A DNA stretch of 64,000 bases. Source: Acaryochloridaceae cyanobacterium VAR_48_metabat_390 (GTDB lineage: Bacteria > Cyanobacteriota > Cyanobacteriia > Thermosynechococcales > Thermosynechococcaceae). Both the position numbers and the translations under genes were made by a program. Below the pieces are notes generated by a model that was not told where the DNA came from, searched no databases, and saw only the letters and a list, made by a program, of their open reading frames with translations. Positions 18,802 to 28,729 of the stretch are shown here, piece after piece. The stretch spans positions 1 through 64,000 of the forward strand of contig JANPLU010000068.1 of NCBI GenBank assembly GCA_031422435.1. The letters run 5' to 3'. Position 1 is the first letter of the stretch. Each line of letters begins with the position of its first letter.

Positions 18802-18996
18802 TTAGTCCTTCCCAACTGCACCGAGCGCTGTCAAAGTAGCCCTTTGGGCTTCGGTTAGGCCATAAATATTGTGGATCTGCACTGTAAGGTTTGCAGGCAA
18901 GTTTCGTTGAAGGGGTTCCTCAGTTTAAGGGTGGCATCGTAACTGTTACTGGCAAGGGTTTGGTGAGCAGGTTTGAAGTGCGATCGCCCTCACTCT
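18802..18996 (-). pseudogene. Remnant of the C-terminus of a WD40-repeat (NB-ARC/NACHT-type) protein
   Basis: Manual translation with two frameshifts: RVRAIA / FKPAHQTLASNSYDATLKLRNPFNETCLQTL / IYGLTEAQRATLTALGAVGKD*. Confidence 0.7.
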
Positions 18997-19003
18997 GCCC
19001 ACT

Positions 19004-19039
19004 AAAAGGCCACCGAAGAAGCTAAACTCGGTGGCTTTT
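19004..19039. terminator. Intrinsic terminator-like hairpin
   Basis: AAAAGGCCACCGA...TCGGTGGCTTTT. Confidence 0.55.
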
Positions 19040-19137
19040 CTATGAGTTTGGAAATTCAGAAACGCTATGCAAGCCTGGTAACAATCTACTAAAGTGAAAT
19101 TTAAGCGGGTTGTAGCTGCTATTGGAGGGATAAAGTC

Positions 19138-20868
19138 ATGACAACAGCGAAACCCAGAGACGTTCAGGTCATGCCGATTGCCCCAGAAACCACCATTGTG
19201 CGATCGCGCAGTTGGACGCGGCTAAAGTTTGAAATTGAGTACGGCCTTCAGAGAGGCACCACCGCCAATAGCTATCTCATTCGTGCAGATAAATTCGCCC
19301 TAATGGATCCACCTGGCGAAACCTTCACCGAGCTGTTTTTAGACGCGCTCCAGGCACGGATTGATCCCACCACCATCGACTACATCATTATGAGTCGGGT
19401 GAACCCCAACCGCTGTGCCACGCTCAAAGCCCTCTTAGACATTGCGCCTCAGGCCACTATTATTGTGTCTAACCCAGGGTTAATCGTGCTGAAGGAAACG
19501 CTCCCTGACCTCGCATCCAAGGTACAAACTGTACGCGGGGACGAAACCTTGGATTTAGGGCAAGGCCATCTTCTCTCGCTGACTCAAACTTCAACACCAC
19601 GTTGGCCAACCAGTATCTGCACTTACGACCCTGCTACCCAAATTTTGTTTAGCGATAAGTTTTTTGGTGCCCACATCTGCGGCGATCAGGTGTTTGATGA
19701 GGGTTTCCAGTCTATCCAAGAAGATCGGCAGTACTACTTTGACTGTTTAATGGCTCCGAATGCCCGTCAGGTCGAAATTACCTTAGACAAATTGGCGGAG
19801 TATCCGGCAAAAGTTTATGCCACAGGGCACGGCCCACTCGTGAAGTACGGGTTTGAAGACCTCACAAAAGCTTATAAAACCTGGGGTCAAGCCCAGAAAG
19901 CGCAGGAGCTAGCTGTGGCACTTCTGTACGCTTCGGCCTACGGAAATACCGCTACCCTGGCTCAGGCGATCGCCCGAGGTATCACCAAGTCTGGCGTGCA
20001 GGTGGAGGCCATTAACTGTGAGGTGGCAACCCCCGACGAAGTGCAGGCCGCGGTCGAAAAAGCGGATGGCTTTATTATTGGGTCGCCGACCCTAGGCGGA
20101 CATGCACCTACCCAGGTGATGACGGCGTTAGGCGTTGTGATGGCAAGCGCCACTAAGCTTAAGCTCGCGGGGGTCTTTGGCTCCTATGGTTGGAGTGGAG
20201 AGGCGATCGACCTGCTTGAAAGCAAGCTCAAAGACGCAGGGTTTCAGTTTGGGTTTGATCCCATTCGCGTAAAGTTTAAGCCTACAGCAGCAACCCTTCA
20301 GTGCTGCGAAGAAGCGGGTACAGACTTTGCCCAAAGCCTTAAAAAAGCAAAAAAGACGCGCCAGTCTCGCCAAAAAGTGAGCCTAGAATCTCAGGTAGAC
20401 CCGACTGTACAGGCCGTAGGCCGCTTAGTGGGGTCTTTGTGTATTGTCACCGCACGGCAAGATGACGTAAGCAGCGCAATGCTGGCAGACTGGGTTGCTC
20501 AAGCGACCTTTAACCCGCCGGGGCTAACCATTGCGGTTGCAAAAGATCGGGCGATCGAGTCACTGCTCTATCAGGGAAATGCCTTTGTCCTGAATATTTT
20601 GGGCGAAGGAAAGCATCTAGGGCTGATGAAACATTTTCTTAAACCCTTTAGCCCAGGAGAAGACCGCTTTCTGGGTGTTGAAACCCAGTCCGTTCAAAAT
20701 GGCTGCCCAGCGCTTAAAGATGCCGTCGCCTATCTAGAATGTACCGTTGATAACCGGATGGACTGTGGCGATCACTGGCTTGTGTATGCCGTCGTAGGGG
20801 CAGGAACTGTAAACGATGGAGATACGCTAACGGCAATTCACCACCGTAAATCAGGCAACCACTATTGA
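19138..20868 (+). CDS. flv1: Class C flavodiiron protein, Flv1-like
   Basis: Beta-lactamase-like, flavodoxin (YASAYGNT, GSYGWSGEA) and flavin reductase domains. Non-canonical SRVNPNR in place of HxExDH marks the Flv1/Flv2 clade. Confidence 0.8.
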   Translation: MTTAKPRDVQVMPIAPETTIVRSRSWTRLKFEIEYGLQRGTTANSYLIRADKFALMDPPGETFTELFLDALQARIDPTTIDYIIMSRVNPNRCATLKALLDIAPQATIIVSNPGLIVLKETLPDLASKVQTVRGDETLDLGQGHLLSLTQTSTPRWPTSICTYDPATQILFSDKFFGAHICGDQVFDEGFQSIQEDRQYYFDCLMAPNARQVEITLDKLAEYPAKVYATGHGPLVKYGFEDLTKAYKTWGQAQKAQELAVALLYASAYGNTATLAQAIARGITKSGVQVEAINCEVATPDEVQAAVEKADGFIIGSPTLGGHAPTQVMTALGVVMASATKLKLAGVFGSYGWSGEAIDLLESKLKDAGFQFGFDPIRVKFKPTAATLQCCEEAGTDFAQSLKKAKKTRQSRQKVSLESQVDPTVQAVGRLVGSLCIVTARQDDVSSAMLADWVAQATFNPPGLTIAVAKDRAIESLLYQGNAFVLNILGEGKHLGLMKHFLKPFSPGEDRFLGVETQSVQNGCPALKDAVAYLECTVDNRMDCGDHWLVYAVVGAGTVNDGDTLTAIHHRKSGNHY

Positions 20869-21013
20869 TGGGCACCTTGGCACAACTGAAAAATAAACAG
20901 CGTTATTTTTAAGAGGTATTGGTCAATACTAGAACAAACTATTTCGATTATTGAGTCTCGATACTTTTAGGTGTAGAAACCTGTCGTGTTGCCGTAATAA
21001 GTGGCTTATCCCT

Positions 21014-22396
21014 ATGACAAATGTTCCTCAGCCTCCCGCCTCCTCTCATAAAGTTCCTCTCCCGCCACCTCCTCACTTCCCGCTGGCGGGGAAGGAAGTT
21101 GACGTAACGATGGCAATAGATTCCCCAACCTACAATCAAACTACTTTCAACGGTTCGTCAACGCAAACGTATGCAGCGGGTCCTGGGATAGATTTACCCA
21201 CCCCCACGAAGGCTCATCCTGGTTCTAACGCGACGATTCCTTTCACCGTCGTTGGCTCTACCTTTGCCAATCGCTCTCCAGAGGCTGGTGAACCTACCCA
21301 GTCCACCATGAAGATTCCCAAGCGTCCTGCAAATGGAATCACGCTAGAAAGCCTGGTTAACGAAGCCTACGACAACGACTTTTCTGATGTTCACTTGGGC
21401 GTTGGAGAAGTGCCTCGGTTCCGCGATCGCGGTCGAATGGCACTCACCAGCTACCCCGTCACAGATCCCGATACCTTTGAATGCTGGTTAGAGGAAATTC
21501 TATCGCCCGAACAAATTCAGCACTTTCATAACGACCTAGAATTTGATGGTGCGCACCAATACGAAGGTCTCGTGCGGATACGGATTAACGTCTTTGTCAG
21601 CCTTAATGGGCCTGGGATGGTGCTGCGGCTGATTCCGCTCCGCATCAAAACCTTAGAAGAACTGAGTCTTCCCATGATCTTTCGGGATCTATGCCAGTAC
21701 CATAAGGGTCTAATTTTAGTCACTGGCCCTACGGGTTCCGGTAAATCTACCACTCTCGCGGCAATGGTAGACTACATCAACTCAGAAATGCCCAAACACA
21801 TTATCTCCATTGAAGACCCCGTCGAATTTGTACACAAAAGCCGCAAGTGCATGATTCGCCAGCGGGAAGTAGGGATTCACACCCATAAATTTGATAACGC
21901 GCTTAAGGCATCCCTACGAGAAGACCCAGACATTATATTGATTGGGGAAATGCGCGATCGCGAGACGGTCAACACAGCCCTCAAAGCAGCCCAAACGGGT
22001 CACTTAGTCTTTGGAACCCTGCACACCAACAGCGCCGTCAAAACCATTGAGCGGATCTTGAACCTGTACAACCCAGACGAACAAGGCCCCATGCGGATGC
22101 AGGTCGCAGAGTCTTTAGTCGCCGTTATTGCTCAGTCTTTGCTGCGCACCACCGACGGCAAGCGCGCCGCCATCCACGAAATTATGGTCAACACGGATGC
22201 GGTAAAAGACTACATTTTGAGAGGGGATATTGAGGCGATCGAGCAGCTCATTCCACAATGTTCCTATGACGGCATGATGACCATGAATCAGTGCATCTAC
22301 GAACTTTACGAAGAAGGCCGCATTGATGAAGAAACGGCTCTAGAAGCTTCACCCAAGCCCAACGAAATGGCGCAAACGCTGCGCGGACGCGTTTAA
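21014..22396 (+). CDS. pilT: Type IV pilus retraction ATPase, PilT2-like with Pro-rich N-terminus
   Basis: GPTGSGKST, IEDPVE, LREDPD..IGEMRD, TGHLVFGTLHT. Confidence 0.92.
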   Translation: MTNVPQPPASSHKVPLPPPPHFPLAGKEVDVTMAIDSPTYNQTTFNGSSTQTYAAGPGIDLPTPTKAHPGSNATIPFTVVGSTFANRSPEAGEPTQSTMKIPKRPANGITLESLVNEAYDNDFSDVHLGVGEVPRFRDRGRMALTSYPVTDPDTFECWLEEILSPEQIQHFHNDLEFDGAHQYEGLVRIRINVFVSLNGPGMVLRLIPLRIKTLEELSLPMIFRDLCQYHKGLILVTGPTGSGKSTTLAAMVDYINSEMPKHIISIEDPVEFVHKSRKCMIRQREVGIHTHKFDNALKASLREDPDIILIGEMRDRETVNTALKAAQTGHLVFGTLHTNSAVKTIERILNLYNPDEQGPMRMQVAESLVAVIAQSLLRTTDGKRAAIHEIMVNTDAVKDYILRGDIEAIEQLIPQCSYDGMMTMNQCIYELYEEGRIDEETALEASPKPNEMAQTLRGRV

Positions 22397-22413
22397 GGCC
22401 GTAAGGGTCATTA

Positions 22414-22577
22414 GACCTCTTGCATCAATCTTAGCCCCCTCATCCCTTTCTTGTAGCCCAAAGGCTTTACCCTTCTCCCACGAGGGGAGAAGGGCTATTC
22501 CGGCTCCCCTCGCCCGTTCTGGGAGAGGGGCTGGGGGAGAGGGGCTGGGGGAGAGGGTCATATTAGTACAAGCGGTC
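22414..22577. mobile_element. MITE-like element (~164 bp) with TA flanks
   Basis: TA-GACCTCTTGCA ... TACAAGCGGTC-TA imperfect terminal IR. Internal CCCTTCTCCC/GGGGAGAAGGG hairpin and a tandem GGGAGAGGGGCTGG duplication. Confidence 0.7.
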
Positions 22578-22581
22578 TAAT

Positions 22582-22607
22582 AAAAAAGCCACCTCCTAAG
22601 AGGTGGC
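22582..22607 (-). terminator. Intrinsic terminator for the ycf46/ycf35 operon
   Basis: GCCACCTC-ctaa-GAGGTGGC with a T6 tract on the - strand. Confidence 0.65.
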
Positions 22608-22636
22608 CTAAATGTTTTGGGAACGCGCAGAGAAAT

Positions 22637-22990
22637 TTAGCTGTGAACAACCAGCTTGACATTAGCGTTTTGGAGACCAGGACGTTGAGCCTCAAGCAAT
22701 GTTTTGTTAATCGCGTACTTTTGGTTAATCGAGTTGATTAACTCAGTTTGGTTATGCTTTTTGGCAACGCCCCAGAGGTCGGCAATGAGGTCAAAGGTAC
22801 CATCGGTATTCTTAGACCAGCCGAGGTCATACTCGCCTTCGAGTACAGCAACAATATCTGCCCGAACTCTTTGACCGTGATAACCGCGCACGTCGGCTTC
22901 GGTCTTCAACTGAACACCTAAATCCTTGAGAGAAGTCTTCAGGATTTCAGCATCGGTGATTTTGGTTCGGAGGGTGCTGAAGTGTGACAT
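22637..22990 (-). CDS. ycf35: DUF1257 / Ycf35 family protein
   Basis: MSHFSTLRTKI, DVRGY.GQ, FDLIADLWGV. Confidence 0.85.
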   Translation of the reverse strand: MSHFSTLRTKITDAEILKTSLKDLGVQLKTEADVRGYHGQRVRADIVAVLEGEYDLGWSKNTDGTFDLIADLWGVAKKHNQTELINSINQKYAINKTLLEAQRPGLQNANVKLVVHS

Positions 22991-23129
22991 GGTGATAATT
23001 CTCCACTTGATGATGAGTTATACAACACTTGACTGAAGATGCCGCTCAATCTGATGAATTGAATTGATGCGGTGGTGAAACTGGCATGATGCCAGTTTTT
23101 CCTCCTGAGGGGGATCAGAAGAAAACTTG

Positions 23130-24635
23130 TTAAAACTCCAGGCGCTGATATTCAGCGACGGAAGCTGCTGCTGGACGCGCACGCTGTCTAGCCCAATCTC
23201 GTAGCGCTGTGACCTGTTCGGTCATGGTGCGCGACAGCGGCATGGTCGCTCGACTGGCAGCAATAATGTCGAGCTGCGTAAACTCTCGATCTTGAGCAAA
23301 TGCCTCATACATGGCGGCGATAATCGCCTGCTCAATCTCAGATCCTGAAAATCCATCACAAACGGTCGCTAACTGCTCAATATCAAACCGTTCAATATCG
23401 CAGCGACGTTTGGAAAGATGGACTTCAAAAATTTCCTGACGCTCTTCTTTGGTAGGTAAATCCACAAAGAAAATTTCGTCAAATCGGCCTTTGCGTAAAA
23501 ACTCTCCTGGCAGACGCTCGACGCGATTCGCCGTTGCCATCACAAATACAGAAGACGTCTTTTCCTGCATCCAGGTCAAGAACGAACCAAAGATTCGACT
23601 GGAGGTGCCGCCATCAGAATCGGCAGACCCAGAGCTACCCGCAAACGCCTTATCCATTTCATCAATAAACAGAATGGCAGGGGCAACAGATTCAGCCGTC
23701 TTGAGCGCCTCTCGCAGATTCGCTTCTGAACGCCCTACGGTGGAGCCGTCATAAACCCGACCCATATCCAGACGCAGCAGAGGCAACCCCCACAGACGAG
23801 ACGTGGTTTTGGCGATAAGAGACTTACCACAGCCAGGAACGCCTAAAATCAGCATCCCCTTTGGTTTTGGCAACCCATACTCTCGGGCGCGATCTGTAAA
23901 AGCAAAGTTGCGCTGTTTAAGCCACCGCTTTAGCTCGTCTAAACCGCCAACAGAATCTATAGTCTCGTCTTCTTCAATAAACTCTAAAATTCCATTGCGA
24001 CGAATGAGCTGCTTTTTCTCTGACAAGATAATGTCGAGTTCGGTTTCAGCCAGACGACCTGACGTAACTTTGGCCTTCTGGTAAACTTTTTCTGCCTCGT
24101 CACGGGTCAACCCCAGAGATGCTCTAAGGAGCTTTTCTCGCACTTCAGGCGTCAGCTTTGGAGAACCGGCAGGAAGATGACTTGACAAAACCTCATCCAA
24201 CTCGGGAATGGTTGGAAGGGGAAAATCAAGGACAACGATTTCCTTCTCTAGCTCAATCGGAATCTGCTGAATCGGAGACACCAGAATAATGCTTTTGTCC
24301 GTGCCCTTAAAGGCCAGTACCGCATCTCTAAGCAGCCGCACTACTTCAGGAGAGAAAAAGGGGTGCAAATCTTTGAAGATAAAAAGAGAAGGGTCTTTTT
24401 CTCGGATGGCAGACTGAATCGCCATCTGAGGGGCTAGCGTATTGTGATGAGCGGTGTGGCGGGGCTGATCAAGGCCGATCAGTCCGTGGGTTGTCGTCCA
24501 GGTAAAAACCTTAAGCTGAGGACGCTCACCTTGGGCAATGTTGGCGATGGCCTGCTCTGCACGCGCCTCTTCAGGCGTGACCAGATAAATTAAGGGGTAT
24601 TGAGCCTTAATTAAAATTTTAAGCTCTTCTTTCAT
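23130..24635 (-). CDS. ycf46: Ycf46-family AAA+ ATPase
   Basis: GVPGCGKS, LFIDEMDKAF, RKGRFDEIFFVDLP. Adjacent to ycf35. Confidence 0.9.
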   Translation of the reverse strand: MKEELKILIKAQYPLIYLVTPEEARAEQAIANIAQGERPQLKVFTWTTTHGLIGLDQPRHTAHHNTLAPQMAIQSAIREKDPSLFIFKDLHPFFSPEVVRLLRDAVLAFKGTDKSIILVSPIQQIPIELEKEIVVLDFPLPTIPELDEVLSSHLPAGSPKLTPEVREKLLRASLGLTRDEAEKVYQKAKVTSGRLAETELDIILSEKKQLIRRNGILEFIEEDETIDSVGGLDELKRWLKQRNFAFTDRAREYGLPKPKGMLILGVPGCGKSLIAKTTSRLWGLPLLRLDMGRVYDGSTVGRSEANLREALKTAESVAPAILFIDEMDKAFAGSSGSADSDGGTSSRIFGSFLTWMQEKTSSVFVMATANRVERLPGEFLRKGRFDEIFFVDLPTKEERQEIFEVHLSKRRCDIERFDIEQLATVCDGFSGSEIEQAIIAAMYEAFAQDREFTQLDIIAASRATMPLSRTMTEQVTALRDWARQRARPAAASVAEYQRLEF

Positions 24636-24704
24636 GGCCTTCACCTCACATTAGAGTTGGCGAATCGCTTTTAGCAGCTAGGCTCTCCCCGAGGGATGAC
24701 GCGA

Positions 24705-25028
24705 CTAGACGCTAGCCGGAACAAGTGGCTCAGGAGCCATTATCTGAAGACCTTCATCACTAAGTAGCGAAGGCTGATGCTTAAGAGAAACGAGTTCGCT
24801 AGCGCGAAGGACGACGGAGGAGGCACATTCTGGACAGCTAAACACTTGGTGCGTTGCGCCCAAAACAGATGCTTCAAATTCTTCGACAATCTCCGGGTGA
24901 TGGATGTAGAAAGCCAGCGCACGTTCTGCGATCGCAGACATTGGCTCTGCTTCTACTGCGGCCTTAATCTTAAGCTCACGATGAAGCTCAGGCGGCAAAT
25001 ATAACGTGACTTTTTGTTTGTCTTGCAT
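24705..25028 (-). CDS. RHH/CopG-like protein with CxxC
   Basis: KQKVTLYLPPELHRELKIKAAV, CPEC. Heads the ycf46 operon. Confidence 0.75.
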   Translation of the reverse strand: MQDKQKVTLYLPPELHRELKIKAAVEAEPMSAIAERALAFYIHHPEIVEEFEASVLGATHQVFSCPECASSVVLRASELVSLKHQPSLLSDEGLQIMAPEPLVPASV

Positions 25029-25259
25029 ACGGTTTACACGTTTTCCCGGGTGTGTCTTTACACTTTACTCACTGCCCTAGGCGCTGTCAAGACAGTATGC
25101 TGCTTTAGCGTCAAAAAAGATACATTACTTAATGTTTTGCGATTGTTGGAGGAAAGCTATTGCGTTAGGACCTGCGTTATCTATGGACTAAAAGCTGCTT
25201 CAATGGAAATTGAGCTAGGTTTAGTACGCTCAAAACGTTAACGGCGAAAGGAATACTTC

Positions 25260-26033
25260 ATGGATGTGATACCGGCGATCGACTTATTAGGCGGTCGATG
25301 TGTGCGTCTGTACCAAGGCGACTATGAGCAGTCTGAGGTGTTTGCGGAAGATCCTCTTACGGTGGCGATCGCCTGGGCAGAGCAAGGGGCGCGATGGCTA
25401 CACCTGGTAGATCTAGACGGTGCAAAAACGGGTGAGCCTGTCAATCTATCTGTGATTGCCAAAATTGTAGAAACCCTCAACATTCCGGTGCAGGTGGGGG
25501 GTGGGCTGCGAACCCAGGCGAGAGTCGCCAGCTTTTTAGAAATGGGGGTTCAGCGCGTTATTTTGGGAACCGTTGCGGTTGAGAATCCTGATTTGGTGGC
25601 GCAGCTTTGCCAGACTTACCCAGACCAGATTATGGTGGGTATTGATGCTAGAGAAGGCATGGTGGCAACTCGGGGATGGATAGAGACATCTGAAGTTTCG
25701 GCGATCGCCCTGGGTGAGCGTGTAGCCTCAGAAGGTGCTGCCGCCATCATCTACACCGACATTCAGCGCGACGGCACGTTACAAGGGCCAAACCTCCCCT
25801 TATTGCGGCAAATGGCTGAGGCGGTTTCTGTGCCTGTTATTGCCTCTGGCGGCGTGAGCAATTTAACTGATATTTTGAGCCTGCTTGCCCTTGAGCCAAT
25901 CGGCGTGAGCGGCGTGATTGTCGGGAAAGCGCTCTATACCGGAAATTTGTCTTTGACGGAGGCGATTAGAGCGGTAGGGTCAGGACGTTGGCAGGATGTG
26001 CCGACAGATTTAGGACAATCTTCTTTTGCTTAA
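25260..26033 (+). CDS. hisA: ProFAR isomerase
   Basis: [34 protein letters not shown]. Confidence 0.96.
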   Translation: MDVIPAIDLLGGRCVRLYQGDYEQSEVFAEDPLTVAIAWAEQGARWLHLVDLDGAKTGEPVNLSVIAKIVETLNIPVQVGGGLRTQARVASFLEMGVQRVILGTVAVENPDLVAQLCQTYPDQIMVGIDAREGMVATRGWIETSEVSAIALGERVASEGAAAIIYTDIQRDGTLQGPNLPLLRQMAEAVSVPVIASGGVSNLTDILSLLALEPIGVSGVIVGKALYTGNLSLTEAIRAVGSGRWQDVPTDLGQSSFA

Positions 26034-26052
26034 GGATGGCTTAAGGTATTAA

Positions 26053-26301
26053 TCAGGCATCGGGGTGAAAATCTGGGCAGTGAATGGCCTGCTCTGTCAG
26101 AGCAGCCTGAGGGTGAGCGGTACACTTTAGCACTGGATTATTAGTACAAAACTGACAGCGCGCGCAGGGAATTTGATGGAGGCGCTGACTGACCTGAACC
26201 GTCTCTTTCAGCAACGCCCACAAGCTTAAACCCAGGCAGATCAAGAAACCCCAGCTCAAAATAATGCTTAAGATCTGCCATCCAACGCCTGTAAAAATCA
26301 T
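26053..26301 (-). CDS. Small membrane protein with Cys-rich tail
   Basis: TM helix then RLHQIPCARCQFC...KCTAHP...CPDF. Confidence 0.7.
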   Translation of the reverse strand: MIFTGVGWQILSIILSWGFLICLGLSLWALLKETVQVSQRLHQIPCARCQFCTNNPVLKCTAHPQAALTEQAIHCPDFHPDA

Positions 26302-26355
26302 GGGCGGCTCCTCCTGCTGGCTTGTTTGTGACCGTTTGCGCGCTTAGTCGGCTCC

Positions 26356-26820
26356 CTAGAGCACTTCGTGGGTATAGGCGTGCTGCTTCACGTTGTCCTC
26401 GGTTCGCACAACTCTCTCAACGTTGAGCATTCGCTTACGCTCAATGGAATAGTTAAAATCTGTTTTGGATTGACCGAGGGGAAGTAGCGACTGAATAGAG
26501 GCACAAGAGCGGTAGCTGCGGGTTGCCGCCATTAGCCGTTCTTCAAAGGCGTCACAAAGCTGCACATCTGCCGGAAATGACGCGGGGACTTGTCCTTGTC
26601 CTTGGGAAAAAGCGGCCTCGAAGGTTGTGGCGATCACCATCTCATAAGAAGTTTCAATACCCTTACAAAGTCCTTCAAGTGCCGCAGAAGGGATAGGTTC
26701 TACCACTTTAATCGGCTGGAGTTTGCCGTCTTCTTTAATAAAGCAAGTGGCGACTCCCAGCACAACATAGGCATCTGAGGGCACATCGGTCACATTGGGA
26801 GGCATCAAGTTCAGGGACAT
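26356..26820 (-). CDS. Conserved cyanobacterial hypothetical protein
   Basis: YVVLGVATCF, EPIPSA, C-terminal DNVKQHAYTHEVL. Confidence 0.75.
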   Translation of the reverse strand: MSLNLMPPNVTDVPSDAYVVLGVATCFIKEDGKLQPIKVVEPIPSAALEGLCKGIETSYEMVIATTFEAAFSQGQGQVPASFPADVQLCDAFEERLMAATRSYRSCASIQSLLPLGQSKTDFNYSIERKRMLNVERVVRTEDNVKQHAYTHEVL

Positions 26821-26918
26821 AAAAAATTCCAAGTGGAAAGATCCAAAAAATGGGTAAAGTTTTTAAACTCTACCCACTCACCATTCTAGAGGCGTTTACC
26901 CTATCCTTCCTTGAAGTT

Positions 26919-27353
26919 TTATTGAACCCTTTGGGGGCTTTGAGGAATTTGGAACACCTTAAGCTGATCGGCTTTCATGAGGCTCCCCTGCTCTTGAGCA
27001 ATCCGCTGAGCAGTTTCTGGCGATTGGCTGCGCTTGTAGGTTTCTTGAAGTTCTTGAAGACTTTGCGCAACCTGAGATTCTTCTCGGCTAATTTCTTTGA
27101 GCTTCTCGCGTTGGGTTAACTGGTAGGGCACTAAATTAGCCAAGGTTACAATAGCTGTGCCAATCAGCACGGCATTCATGCCTAAAACCAAGCCTGATTC
27201 CCAAACTCGAGCTTTGTGATCATGGGCAGAAGTGGCCTTGGATCGCTCTTTGGCAGCGCCACTCTGGTTTTTAGACAATTGCCGACGCTGAGCCAACAGC
27301 TGCTTAGATCTGCGATCGCGGGGGGAGGGGACGGAATTGGGTAGTGCGCTCAT
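26919..27353 (-). CDS. Single-TM coiled-coil protein (Slr1601-like, FtsB/DivIC-like)
   Basis: TM then LVPYQ and a coiled coil. Lies downstream of psaM. Confidence 0.65.
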   Translation of the reverse strand: MSALPNSVPSPRDRRSKQLLAQRRQLSKNQSGAAKERSKATSAHDHKARVWESGLVLGMNAVLIGTAIVTLANLVPYQLTQREKLKEISREESQVAQSLQELQETYKRSQSPETAQRIAQEQGSLMKADQLKVFQIPQSPQRVQ

Positions 27354-27519
27354 AGTAAAAAAGGCGGGATGATTTTGGACTAATTCTAGATTAGAAATCC
27401 GATTTTTGCGCTAAATCTTTTCTCCATCTTGCGAATCAACGCTGCAAACCAAAATCTTAGCGTCTTCAAGCGTTTAGTTCAGCCTATAAAGCTGAGACTC
27501 AATCCGTTAGTCGATATGA

Positions 27520-27559
27520 AAAAACCTGTACATTCCGTTAGCGGAATGTACAGGTTTTT
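27520..27559. terminator. psaM terminator
   Basis: AAAAACCTGTACATTCCG-ttag-CGGAATGTACAGGTTTTT, 18-bp perfect stem. Confidence 0.8.
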
Positions 27560-27570
27560 AGACAAGACCT

Positions 27571-27663
27571 TTACTTATACAGTTCGGTCGAGAGACGCAG
27601 GGCAAGAAAACCAGGGATAAGGGCGATCGCCAAGGCGACGAAGACCTGAGTATCTGACAACAT
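27571..27663 (-). CDS. psaM: Photosystem I subunit XII
   Basis: Manual translation [30 protein letters not shown], with AGGAG RBS upstream. Below the ORF-track size cutoff. Confidence 0.95.
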   Translation of the reverse strand: MLSDTQVFVALAIALIPGFLALRLSTELYK

Positions 27664-27943
27664 AAGGACAAACTCCTTGAAATTACATTGTAGAGATGCA
27701 TTGATAATTCACAATGTCCGTCAAAGTGACCCCTAACGGAATCCTTTGTTACATCATGCAACACTCTAAGGGGCACAGATCTTTCTGGTCATCACGGATA
27801 GGGAACCTAAAGACATTGAAATTTCAGGCTCTAAGGTGCCAAAACCTTTGTTTGACGTTAGGGTTGATACAGGAGATGCGATGTCAGATAATTTTTGCTA
27901 TCTCTATGGCTCTCCTCTGTTTTCGACTTCCCTCAGGACCTGA

Positions 27944-28729
27944 ATGCTAGACCAAATCTCCACGATTCTCTCCCGCTTTGACGTTAACACCGCTTTTTTG
28001 ATTGTGATTTTGGCGGGGTTAGAGGCGGTTTTATCAGCAGATAATGCGATCGCCCTGGCGGCATTAGTCCAGGGAATCGAAGATGAAAAGCTTCAGCGTC
28101 AGGCTTTGAATCTGGGCATGGTGGCGGCCTTTGCCATGCGAATGGGACTTATTTTTACAGCAACCTGGGTCGTGAACTACTGGCAGTTTGAGCTGCTGGG
28201 TGCAGCGTACCTCCTATGGCTGTCTTTTCAATATTTTTCGTCCGATGAAGCGGAAGGGCAGCATCATGGTCCTCGCTTTACCAACCTGTGGCAGGCAATC
28301 CCGCTGATTGCGGTGACGGACTTGGCTTTTTCGTTGGATAGTGTAACTACAGCGATCGCCCTTGTTAACGACCGCTGGCTGGTGATTTTGGGCGGCGTGA
28401 TTGGCATTATTATGCTGCGGCTCATGGCGGAGCTATTTATTCGTTGGCTTAAAGAATTTGTCCATTTACAGGATGCTGGCTACGTGACGGTCGCGCTGGT
28501 GGGTGCCAGACTATTGCTCAAAGTCATTAATGACCAGATTGTGCCCCCTGAATGGCTCATGATTACGGTTATTGCAGGTTTGTTTGCCTGGGGCTTTTCA
28601 AAACGGGTGGATGCGACGAGCCAGCCAACAGAGCCATCTGCTGCTATATCTGAGATAGCCAATCAAAATGAAGTCGAAATAGTCAATGAAGTCGTTAAGG
28701 CTCCTCAAGATTTAGAAGTGACTAAGTAG
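27944..28729 (+). CDS. TerC family integral membrane protein
   Basis: LEAVLSADNA, DLAFSLDSV. Confidence 0.9.
   Translation: MLDQISTILSRFDVNTAFLIVILAGLEAVLSADNAIALAALVQGIEDEKLQRQALNLGMVAAFAMRMGLIFTATWVVNYWQFELLGAAYLLWLSFQYFSSDEAEGQHHGPRFTNLWQAIPLIAVTDLAFSLDSVTTAIALVNDRWLVILGGVIGIIMLRLMAELFIRWLKEFVHLQDAGYVTVALVGARLLLKVINDQIVPPEWLMITVIAGLFAWGFSKRVDATSQPTEPSAAISEIANQNEVEIVNEVVKAPQDLEVTK

Noticed and set aside
27748..27765. HLR1 (RpaB) site upstream of psaM
   Set aside because: The first half GTTACATC fits, but the second half is too degenerate to call.
27558..27776. 72-aa - strand ORF
   Set aside because: It overlaps psaM in a different frame, and psaM has the RBS and family signature.
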